Of a DNA stretch of 10,443 nt, positions 1 to 7,416 are shown one piece after another. Each line of letters opens with the position of its first letter. Positions within the stretch are counted from its first letter, which is position 1. Under the pieces are notes generated by a model. It had not been told where the DNA came from. It searched no databases and worked only from the letters and a program-made list of their open reading frames with translations. This DNA is from Candidatus Krumholzibacteriia bacterium. GTDB taxonomy: Bacteria > Krumholzibacteriota > Krumholzibacteriia > LZORAL124-64-63. Where the stretch lies: contig JAZBOO010000287.1 in the NCBI GenBank assembly GCA_036351155.1, positions 1-10,443 of the forward strand, given 5' to 3'. The position numbers and the translations under genes were made by a program.

Positions 1-2
1 AA

Positions 3-416
3 CGCGGCGGTTGCGTATCGACCGCCGTGTACGAGGGCCATCTGATCGCCTCGGGATCGGGCTACCTGGGTGGCGTGGATATTTTGCCCCTGCAATGTGC
101 CGCCCCCAGCCCCGTGCCCGACCATCAGCTCCCCCCCCGGGCCCCACGGCTGGCGGCCTATCCCAACCCCTTCAACCCCACCACCATGGTGCGTTTCCAC
201 CAGGAGGTGACCGGTCCTGTGGAGCTGGCGGTTTACGATGCCAGCGGAAAAATGATTCGCACTCTGGTGGCCGGAGAGACCTTCGGAACAGGCGGACATC
301 GGGTGGCCTGGAACGGTCGGGACAACCAGGGCCGAACCAGGGCTTCGGGAGTGTATTTTGTCCGCTTGAAGACGGCAGGACAGACCACGGTTCTTCCGGT
401 CACCTTGCTGAAATAG
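3..416 (+). CDS. 3' fragment of a secreted protein with a C-terminal FlgD Ig-like / T9SS-type-A-like sorting domain; 5' end lies outside the window
   Basis: The frame is open from base 3 (RGGCVSTAVYEGH...), so the GTG at 27 is probably internal. The C-terminal ~85 aa carry the typical pattern LAAYPNPFNPTT-x-V-x-F...VELAVYDASGKMIRTL...HRVAWNGRDNQGR...SGVYFVRL...VTLLK*. It is preceded by a Pro-rich linker and 'GGVDILPLQC', which resembles the end of an LVIVD-type repeat region (weak inference). Confidence 0.88.
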   Translation, partial: RGGCVSTAVYEGHLIASGSGYLGGVDILPLQCAAPSPVPDHQLPPRAPRLAAYPNPFNPTTMVRFHQEVTGPVELAVYDASGKMIRTLVAGETFGTGGHRVAWNGRDNQGRTRASGVYFVRLKTAGQTTVLPVTLLK

Positions 417-1440
417 TGCGCACGCCGCCGAAGAGCGCCACCCCCTGGGCGCCTCCTTCAAGAGCCGCTTCCACCGCCGCCTCGAACTGCCCATCCTCGG
501 TCAGGGCAGGCAAGTAAAGGCCCGCATACAGGGGGCGGGCCGGCCCCAGAGCCGCCACCCCTTCGCGCACTGTGGGACCGATCCAGGCCACATCCTGCTC
601 GTAAAAACTGTGGTAAACCATGGGTAAAACGGCATCCAGATTCCAGGCGGGCCAGTCCTGACGCACCAGCCGACGGGCAATGGTGGGCGAAGGGAAAACC
701 GCCGCGGTGGCCTGCTTGCCCGCCCCGTGAATCACATCGACCAGCTCGTTCACCAGGCGGGTCACGGCGTCCCAGCGGAAGCGTCGCCAGGCCTCGTCAG
801 CGGCAGGATCGGGCAGGTCCAGGGGGTCCACTCCGCTCTGGGCCTTGAACGCCTCCCGACACACCGGGCAGTAGCAGAAATCGTAGGGCGGCAGCTCCTC
901 GTTTTGCACCAGCCCGTACTTCGCCCACAGAGCTCGCGGCAGAATGACATCTGGAAACCGGATATAGTCCATGTGCACCCCGGCCAGACCTTCGGTGGCC
1001 GCGATGCGGGCAAAATCCTCGGCCAGATAGCGGCGCACCTCGGGCCGGGACGGGCACAGAAAATGGTAGTAACCCACGTAAGGGGGATGGTCCGCGGCCG
1101 ACTGGCCCTCGCGGCTGACCACGAACCAGTCGGGATGGTTGGCCAGCAGATCTTCTCCCCCGCGGCACAGGGTCCAGGTCCAGGCGTGGACGTCCAGGCC
1201 TTCAGTCCTGGCCAGGTTGCAGGCCTCTGCCGTGGCTCCCCCCAGCAGGACCGAGCTGATTCCGGCTGCTTTCATGGCGGCGAAGGAACGCTGCCACTGG
1301 TCGGATGTTTCGCCAGCGGGCAGCTGGGTCCAGGCCCAGTGGTGCCACGAAGATTGTTGCTGGCCGGCCAGCAGCAATCCGGGTTGTGCCAGAGCCAGAC
1401 CGCCGGCCCCCATGACCTTCAAGAAATCGCGCCGTTCCAA
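400..1440 (-). CDS. Tat-exported glycoside hydrolase-like protein, GHL10 / DUF187 (YddW-like) TIM-barrel family, 346 aa
   Basis: Family-type motifs LDVHAW, HPDWF, FLCPSRPEVR, GVHMDYIRFPD, VRQDWPAW, VLPMVY and GAQGVALF. Start reassigned to TTG at 1440, which has an SD GGAGGT (1453-1448) 7 nt upstream and places the twin-arginine signal MERRDFLKVMGAGGLALAQPGLLLA at the N-terminus. Stop TGA at 402-400. Confidence 0.85.
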   Translation of the reverse strand: MERRDFLKVMGAGGLALAQPGLLLAGQQQSSWHHWAWTQLPAGETSDQWQRSFAAMKAAGISSVLLGGATAEACNLARTEGLDVHAWTWTLCRGGEDLLANHPDWFVVSREGQSAADHPPYVGYYHFLCPSRPEVRRYLAEDFARIAATEGLAGVHMDYIRFPDVILPRALWAKYGLVQNEELPPYDFCYCPVCREAFKAQSGVDPLDLPDPAADEAWRRFRWDAVTRLVNELVDVIHGAGKQATAAVFPSPTIARRLVRQDWPAWNLDAVLPMVYHSFYEQDVAWIGPTVREGVAALGPARPLYAGLYLPALTEDGQFEAAVEAALEGGAQGVALFGGVRTISAR

Positions 1441-1447
1441 AGAAATG

Positions 1448-1453
1448 ACCTCC
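1448..1453 (-). promoter_or_regulatory. Shine-Dalgarno GGAGGT for the GHL10 gene
   Basis: Minus strand reads GGAGGT-CATTTCT-TTG GAA CGG CGC. Confidence 0.8.
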
Positions 1454-1469
1454 AAGATGGTGAAGATCC

Positions 1470-1500
1470 AGTATAGCTCACCTGTCCCCTCCCTCTCCAA
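1470..1500 (-). promoter_or_regulatory. Putative sigma70-type promoter for the GHL10 gene
   Basis: -10 TATACT at 1475-1470. A weak -35 TTGGAG lies at 1500-1495 with a 19-nt spacer. The same GCTATACTGGA context recurs at 8557-8547. Confidence 0.45.
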
Positions 1501-1516
1501 TTCTTTCGTCGCGCCT

Positions 1517-1544
1517 TTTACACCAAGAGCCAATGGCTTATACT
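1517..1544 (+). promoter_or_regulatory. Putative sigma70-type promoter for the tamA-tamB-hlyIII cluster
   Basis: TTTACA (1517-1522), 16 nt, TATACT (1539-1544), ending 10 nt before the ATG at 1555. Confidence 0.5.
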
Positions 1545-1554
1545 GACCCCCATC

Positions 1555-3393
1555 ATGATCACTGCGCCAAAGGTTCTCTCAAGGACCCACCCCTCTTTGT
1601 TGCTGACCATCTGGTTTCTGACCTTTCTGGTCGGGGACCATTCTGCACAGGCCCAGGGCTCTCGCCAGTGGGCGCGTTATAACGGGTGGGGAACCACCTC
1701 CTTCGACGTCACAGGATTGCCTCAGGAACTGGAGGGCGCCGTCACCCCTCACCTGGCCCTGGCCGGCACGCGCAAATTTTTGCGTACCCAGCGGCCTCCC
1801 TTTCAGGTCAAGCTGCTGGCTGCGGACCTGGCCCGCATCCGCCTGTTTCTCTCCCGCATGGGTTATCCCAGCGCCCGAACCTTCCCCGAGGCCCGCCCCC
1901 GGCCCGAACAGAAGAAACTGGGCATTGTCATCCGGGTGGAGCCAGGACCCAGAGCCAGGGTGGGAAAATTGACCTGGCAAGGGTGGCCTGCCAGGGCGGC
2001 TGTCCCGGATTCCAGCTCAGGGAGTTTTATCCGGGAAGGACAGCCGTTTCTCGACAGCGAACTGCAAACAACCCGCCAGTTCCTTCAGCGCTGGCTGCAA
2101 GACCGGGGCTTTGCCGAGGCCGAGGTGGATTTCTCCATTTCCCTGAGCGATTCCCACCAGGTGGACGTGGCCTTCAACGTCCAGGCGGGCGATTACTACC
2201 TGGTCGAAGGGCTCAACATCACCGGGACAGGGCCCGACCTGGTGGGGGTGGCGCGCCGTGTGGCCAACCTTAATCCTCCCCAGGAGTACAGTCAGACCAG
2301 GCGGGAAGAAATGGCCAACGACCTGCGCTGGACCCAGCTGTTCCGCCAGGTCGACATGACGACCACCAGCACCCAGCCTGGACAACTCATCCTTGAAGCC
2401 CAGCTGGAAGAAGCGCGCATGCGGACCTGGTCGGCCAGCGTGGGAACCTGGACCGACAATCCCCTGATGGCCGAGGTGGGCTGGACTCACCGCAACCTCT
2501 TCAAGCACGGGGTGGGCTTCGACAGCTTTGCCTCGGTGGCCACCCACCGGGTCAACCTGGGCACCGGCGTTTTCTGGCTGGGCTGGCTGACCCCCCGCGC
2601 CAAGACCCGGGCCGGCCTGGAGTATCTGGTCGAAGATGAGGATGCCTACAAGTCCAAGGAAGAGATCCTGGACATCGTCCAGGCCTTCCGCCCCAACAAC
2701 CGGGACGCCTGGAAGGTGGGGGTCACCACCTCCCTGGTGGAGGTCGACATCTACAATGAGGACTCCACCGGCCTTCCCGAGGGTCAGGGCTGGCTGCTGG
2801 AATTCTGGTCGGACGGTAAGCTGGATCGCACCGACAATCCCATCTTCCCCACCCGAGGCTCCTACCTGAAACTCTCCGGCACCGTGGCGCCCCCGGGTTT
2901 GATCTCCGAGGTCCCTTACCTGGCCGGACAGGCGGACGTGGCCACCTTTCATTCCCTGGCTTACCAGACCATCCTGACCGGCCGCCTGCGGGTGGGTCTG
3001 GGCTCTCCACTGGGAGATGCGACAGACCTCCTGGCCAACCGCCGCTTCTACGCGGGAGGGTTCAACACCATGCGCGGCTACACGAGGCGCGCCCTGGGCC
3101 CCACCGACAGCGAGGGCAATCCTCGGGGCGGTCAGTCCACCCTCCTGGCCGGTCTGGAGCTTCGTTTTCCCATCTATTCCCTCGTTCAGGGAGCCGCCTT
3201 CGTCGATGCCGGCCAGGTCTGGGAGGAAACGGGGCAAACCCGGCTGGCCGATCTGGCTGCCGCCTGGGGATTGGCCCTTGACGTGCGCACACCCATCGGC
3301 CCCTTGCGCCTGAACTACGCCCGCAACTTCGCCAACCTGAAATCTGGACAATCCGAAAGCGTGTGGCTGTTCGGGATCGGTTACCCATGGTAG
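1555..3393 (+). CDS. tamA: Omp85-family outer membrane protein, TamA-like (POTRA domains + beta-barrel), 612 aa
   Basis: Sec-type signal ending in SAQA. POTRA-like motifs (LSRMGYPSA, WLQDRGFAEAEV, LRWTQLFRQV). Barrel motifs WTHRNLF, DRTDNPIFPTRG, RRFYAGGFNTMRGY (Omp85 loop-6 'VRGF/Y' motif), AFVDAGQVW and TPIGPLRL. C-terminal beta-signal WLFGIGYPW. Directly upstream of a tamB-like gene. Confidence 0.88.
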   Translation: MITAPKVLSRTHPSLLLTIWFLTFLVGDHSAQAQGSRQWARYNGWGTTSFDVTGLPQELEGAVTPHLALAGTRKFLRTQRPPFQVKLLAADLARIRLFLSRMGYPSARTFPEARPRPEQKKLGIVIRVEPGPRARVGKLTWQGWPARAAVPDSSSGSFIREGQPFLDSELQTTRQFLQRWLQDRGFAEAEVDFSISLSDSHQVDVAFNVQAGDYYLVEGLNITGTGPDLVGVARRVANLNPPQEYSQTRREEMANDLRWTQLFRQVDMTTTSTQPGQLILEAQLEEARMRTWSASVGTWTDNPLMAEVGWTHRNLFKHGVGFDSFASVATHRVNLGTGVFWLGWLTPRAKTRAGLEYLVEDEDAYKSKEEILDIVQAFRPNNRDAWKVGVTTSLVEVDIYNEDSTGLPEGQGWLLEFWSDGKLDRTDNPIFPTRGSYLKLSGTVAPPGLISEVPYLAGQADVATFHSLAYQTILTGRLRVGLGSPLGDATDLLANRRFYAGGFNTMRGYTRRALGPTDSEGNPRGGQSTLLAGLELRFPIYSLVQGAAFVDAGQVWEETGQTRLADLAAAWGLALDVRTPIGPLRLNYARNFANLKSGQSESVWLFGIGYPW

Positions 3394-6300
3394 ACGGCAC
3401 CCGGAAAGCCCCCGTCCGGTGGCGGCGGATCATGAAGCGCACCTGGAAGGCCGGTCGCTGGTTCATGGGCCTCCTGGCCCTGTTTCTGATCCTGGTTTTC
3501 CTGGTCATGGCCCTGCCGTCCGGTCGTGGCTTCTTGCTGCGCCAGGGCCTGGAGCGGGCCGCCAAAATCTTGCCCGGGCAAATGGTCGCCCAGCAAGCAG
3601 AATGGCCGGACCTGGATCGGCTGCAAATCCAGGGATTGACCTGGACCGCTCCCGATTCGGCGGCCGAGGCGGACACCTTGCTGTCCCTGAGGCACCTTGA
3701 GCTCAAGGTTGATCTCGGCGATCTGTTCGGCCGCCGGCTGGGCATCCATCGCCTGGCCGCGGGCATCGATCAACTGGATGTGGTGGGAATATCCGAGGCC
3801 ATGCCGGCAACCCCGGCCAGTTCTGCCGACTCCTCCGCCACTCCCGCCTTTTCTCTCCCCTACTTCCGGGAAGGGTCCTGGCCTGGACTGCCGGCCGCCT
3901 ATCTGGACACCCTGGACCTGGTCCTGCATCAGGCCTCCTTGCCCGACAGCCTGGAGATCCATGACCTGACCCTGCTGGCGGGGATCGATCTGCGGCCGGA
4001 GAATCCCACCAGTGCGTGGTTGAAGAGAACCTCGGGAAAAGCGACGGCCCACTTGCCCGATCCGGTGACCGTGGCACTGGACCACTTGCAACTGAACCTG
4101 GACACTTTCCCGACCAAGGGACAGCCCCAGGAAATCATCGCCCAGGTGGAGGGGGCATTCACTCTTCCCGGCCCTGCCGACTGGCCCGGCCTGCCCCCGG
4201 CCCCCGCCGGGGCGGTGCCCGCCGAGCCCACCCAGGGAACCCTGACGGCCCGGCTGGAAATCAATGCCGACGCATGGGCGCTGGACCAGGCGCAATACCG
4301 CGTGGACCTGGCCCAGACTCCATGGCTGGACCGAGGTGTGATTCACGGTCTTTTCCAGCAGGGACAGGCCCAGATCGACACCCTCGATGTCGCACTGCTG
4401 GGCGCGGAGCTGATGGCCTCGGGGACAGCGGACACCAGCCGCGCCAACCTGGACTTCCAGCTGGTCGTTGCCGAGGATCATCAGCTGAACAGTTTCCTCG
4501 GGCCGGAATATCAGGATTATCGATGGACCACCCGACTTCGAGGACATCTGGAAGGCCCGGTCCGCCGACCCGACCTGCAGGTGAACCTGGAAGCCGCACT
4601 GACCACTCCCGACCTGAGCATTCCCCGCCTGAGGGCCCGCGGCCAGGTGTGGGGAGACTCCCTGCGCGTTTACCTGGACGCCGATGAGAAAATGCAACTC
4701 AGTACCCTGCCCCTGGACTCTCTGCGGACCAGCGTAAAATCCACGCGGCCACTCGGAGCGGACTGGGTCCTCACCTCGGCGCCCGCGTTCACTCTTCAGG
4801 CCTGGGAAGCGGACCGCCAGGTGGGGCTCGGCGGCAAAACCTGGGGCGACACCGTCCGCACCGTACGGCTGGACTCCCTGCGGGTGCGCACCGGCAATCA
4901 GGAGGGAAAACTGGCCCGTCCCATGACCCTGACCTACGATCGACTGGCCCGGCTGGTGAAGCTGGACGGACTGTTCACCATGCCCTGTCCCACCGATTGG
5001 TCAGGTCTGCCCGAAGCCGCCAGATCCGTGGCCGCGGATCAGGATTGCCAGGGCACCCTGGAAGCCCGGGTGACCCTGAGTCCGGGCTTGAATTCCATCG
5101 ACGAAGCCCAGCTGAGGATGGATCTGGGACGCTCCTCCTGGCTGGACCGCGGTCTGGCCCGAGGGACGTATCGCCAGGGCCAAGTGGTGGTGGACACCCT
5201 CGATCTGGCCCTGCTGGGAGCCGGGTTGACCGCCTCGGGCACCGCCGACACTCAGCAAATCGATCTGGACTTCCTCCTGGTCCTGGATGAGGAGCACCAG
5301 CTCAACCAGTTCCTGGAACCGGAATTCCAGGACTACCGGGTGGCCGGTCAGCTCCAGGGGCACTTGTCCGGTCCAGTGCGGCGCCTCGACATGGATCTGG
5401 ATCTCCAGGCTTCGGTGGATTCACCTCAGCTGGTCCTGCCGCGACTGACCGCCCAGGGCAAGGCGCAAGGCGACTCGCTGGCCGTGACCCTCAGGGCCGA
5501 TCAGAAAATCCTCCTGGGCACCCAGCCCATGGACTCCCTGGTAACCCGCTGGGAAACCATCCGCCCTCCCGCCGGGTCCTGGAACCTGGACGCGGCCCAG
5601 TCTTTCCTGGTCCACGCCTGGTCACCGGAAATCGACCTCAGCTTCGGCGGTGCGGCCTCCGGGGACACCATCCGCACCGTGCGGCTGGACTCCATGGAGG
5701 TGCGCATCCAGAAACAGAAAGCCCGGCTGGCGCAGCCCATGTCCCTGACCTACGCGCCCGCGGACCGCTCCGTGACTGTCGAGGGGCTGGATATCCTGGG
5801 TGATCCGGGGCATCTCGAGATGGGTGGCTTCGTTTCTCCTGGCGGCATCGACATGACCGCCAGCTGGGACATGCTGTTCACCGAGGCCATCCTGCAGGTG
5901 CTCTACCCATCACCGGTCTGGTCGCAGAACGAGGGCATGGACATCGCCTTGAAGGGCGAGGCCGATCTGCAGGGGACTCCCCGCGGCCCCCGCTTCAGCG
6001 GGGGGCTCCAGGCCGCCATGGAACCCCATGGCTCGACTCCCCCGCTTTCCGCCCAGGCCCGGTTTCAGCTGGACCAGGGCGACTCCAGCGGTCTGGCCGC
6101 GGAAATGCGCCTGGATTCCGGCAATCTTCTCTTGCTCAAGGGCCGGGCCTTGTGGCCGGGACATGCCAATCTCAAAACCGGAACCTGGGTGCCCGACTCG
6201 ACCTCCGGTCCCCGGATCGATTTTCCTCAGCAGACCATCGATCTGGCGGCGCTCAAGACCCTTTTCCCTGGGACCTTCGGCCTGGAGGGCAAACTCGGGG

Positions 6301-7397
6301 TGGCCCTGAAGCTGGGGGCTCATGGCAGCCGGCAGAGCAACTGGGAGGGCAAGGTTTCCACGGCGGGTGTCCGCGTGGATCTTCCCAACTCGTCGCGGGT
6401 GAGCCTGGAAATGGACACGCGGGTGTCCGGCCCCGCCCTGAACCCCCGGTGGGTGGGAAGCGTGAAGGTCTCCTCCGGCTTCATCCGGATACCGGAAATC
6501 CCCCGCAACCTGTTGCCGGTCGAAGGCTCATCGTTGCTGTGGGCAGCCATGGAGTCCACGCCTGAACCTGGCGCTTTCGGCTGGGTTTCTGAGGAAGCGG
6601 ACCAAGGCCCTTCCCTTGAATCCTCCAGCCCGCCGTATCTGCCTGATCTTGATCTGGACGTGATCTTGCCGGGGGGCCTGGTGGTGCACGGGTATGGCTT
6701 GAATGTTGATCTCGAGGGCCAGCTGAAGGTGACCAGGGGAATGGATCCCGACGGCCACCCGGTCCCCTCCCTGTCGGGACACATCGGAGTGAACGAGGGC
6801 AACCTGAAGTTCATGAACCGCCTGTTCAACTTCACCCAGGCCGAAATCCTTTTCCGGAACCAGATACCCGCCAACCCGAGGCTCAACGTGAATCTGGAAA
6901 CCGAGGTCGCCAACTACCTCGTGCGTATCGAAGTCAGAGGAACGGGCCTCAACCCGGAGATCGTCCTGGTGTCGGAGCCCGAACTGCAGCAGGCGGACAT
7001 CATGGCCCTGCTGCTGTTCGGTCAGACCTCGAGTGACCTGGACAATGATGAACGCGGACGTATTCAGCGAGAAAGCACCCCGGCCCAGCAGCTCCAGCAA
7101 AATCTGGCCGCCCTGGCCGTGGTATTTGGTACCTCCGGCGTGCAAAACAGCGTAAGTTCCACGCTCGGGGTGGACATGGTGGAGTTCGGGTCCGGAACTG
7201 ATGGGGACAGCACCTTGATGGTGGGCAAGTATCTGCGCCCCCGCATCCTGGTGAAGTACCACCAGTCGCTGGAGAAAAGCGGCACCTATTTCATGACCCT
7301 GGACTACACCATCAACAAGTTCTTCAAGCTGGTCAGCACCTACGGCCAGGGCGAGGAAGATTCCGGCCTGGAACTGAAGTGGACCCGGCGCTACTGA
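3387..7397 (+). CDS. tamB: TamB-family translocation/assembly module (bridge-like AsmA/TamB) protein with an internal duplication, ~1336 aa
   Basis: Basic N-terminus plus a single TM anchor (WFMGLLALFLILVFLVMAL-PSG), and a long beta-rich body. DUF490-like C-terminus: GYGLNVDLEGQL, NPRLNV, LVSEPELQQADIMALLLFG, VGKYLRPRILVKY, GLELKWTRRY*. ATG 3387 overlaps the tamA stop (ATGGTAG), suggesting coupling. ATG 3432 is an alternative start. Confidence 0.88.
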   Translation: MVDGTRKAPVRWRRIMKRTWKAGRWFMGLLALFLILVFLVMALPSGRGFLLRQGLERAAKILPGQMVAQQAEWPDLDRLQIQGLTWTAPDSAAEADTLLSLRHLELKVDLGDLFGRRLGIHRLAAGIDQLDVVGISEAMPATPASSADSSATPAFSLPYFREGSWPGLPAAYLDTLDLVLHQASLPDSLEIHDLTLLAGIDLRPENPTSAWLKRTSGKATAHLPDPVTVALDHLQLNLDTFPTKGQPQEIIAQVEGAFTLPGPADWPGLPPAPAGAVPAEPTQGTLTARLEINADAWALDQAQYRVDLAQTPWLDRGVIHGLFQQGQAQIDTLDVALLGAELMASGTADTSRANLDFQLVVAEDHQLNSFLGPEYQDYRWTTRLRGHLEGPVRRPDLQVNLEAALTTPDLSIPRLRARGQVWGDSLRVYLDADEKMQLSTLPLDSLRTSVKSTRPLGADWVLTSAPAFTLQAWEADRQVGLGGKTWGDTVRTVRLDSLRVRTGNQEGKLARPMTLTYDRLARLVKLDGLFTMPCPTDWSGLPEAARSVAADQDCQGTLEARVTLSPGLNSIDEAQLRMDLGRSSWLDRGLARGTYRQGQVVVDTLDLALLGAGLTASGTADTQQIDLDFLLVLDEEHQLNQFLEPEFQDYRVAGQLQGHLSGPVRRLDMDLDLQASVDSPQLVLPRLTAQGKAQGDSLAVTLRADQKILLGTQPMDSLVTRWETIRPPAGSWNLDAAQSFLVHAWSPEIDLSFGGAASGDTIRTVRLDSMEVRIQKQKARLAQPMSLTYAPADRSVTVEGLDILGDPGHLEMGGFVSPGGIDMTASWDMLFTEAILQVLYPSPVWSQNEGMDIALKGEADLQGTPRGPRFSGGLQAAMEPHGSTPPLSAQARFQLDQGDSSGLAAEMRLDSGNLLLLKGRALWPGHANLKTGTWVPDSTSGPRIDFPQQTIDLAALKTLFPGTFGLEGKLGVALKLGAHGSRQSNWEGKVSTAGVRVDLPNSSRVSLEMDTRVSGPALNPRWVGSVKVSSGFIRIPEIPRNLLPVEGSSLLWAAMESTPEPGAFGWVSEEADQGPSLESSSPPYLPDLDLDVILPGGLVVHGYGLNVDLEGQLKVTRGMDPDGHPVPSLSGHIGVNEGNLKFMNRLFNFTQAEILFRNQIPANPRLNVNLETEVANYLVRIEVRGTGLNPEIVLVSEPELQQADIMALLLFGQTSSDLDNDERGRIQRESTPAQQLQQNLAALAVVFGTSGVQNSVSSTLGVDMVEFGSGTDGDSTLMVGKYLRPRILVKYHQSLEKSGTYFMTLDYTINKFFKLVSTYGQGEEDSGLELKWTRRY
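4152..5783 (+). repeat. Intragenic tandem duplication in tamB, two units of 816 nt (272 aa): 4152-4967 and 4968-5783
   Basis: Matched anchors are offset by exactly 816 nt: FT 4158/4974, QGTL 4233/5049, DT(V/I)RTVRLDS 4848/5664, and unit-boundary Gly 4152/4968/5784. Ungapped hand alignment gives ~134/272 identical residues. Confidence 0.93.
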
Positions 7398-7416
7398 CCC
7401 CGGCCAGGAGACGATC

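Noticed and set aside
1441..1533. N-terminal 31-codon extension of the GHL10 ORF (TTG at 1533)
   Set aside because: It would bury the Tat signal and run through both divergent promoters. TTG 1440 has a strong SD.
4152..5783. tamB duplication as an assembly artefact
   Set aside because: The copies are only ~49% identical in protein, whereas mis-assembly would give near-identical DNA.
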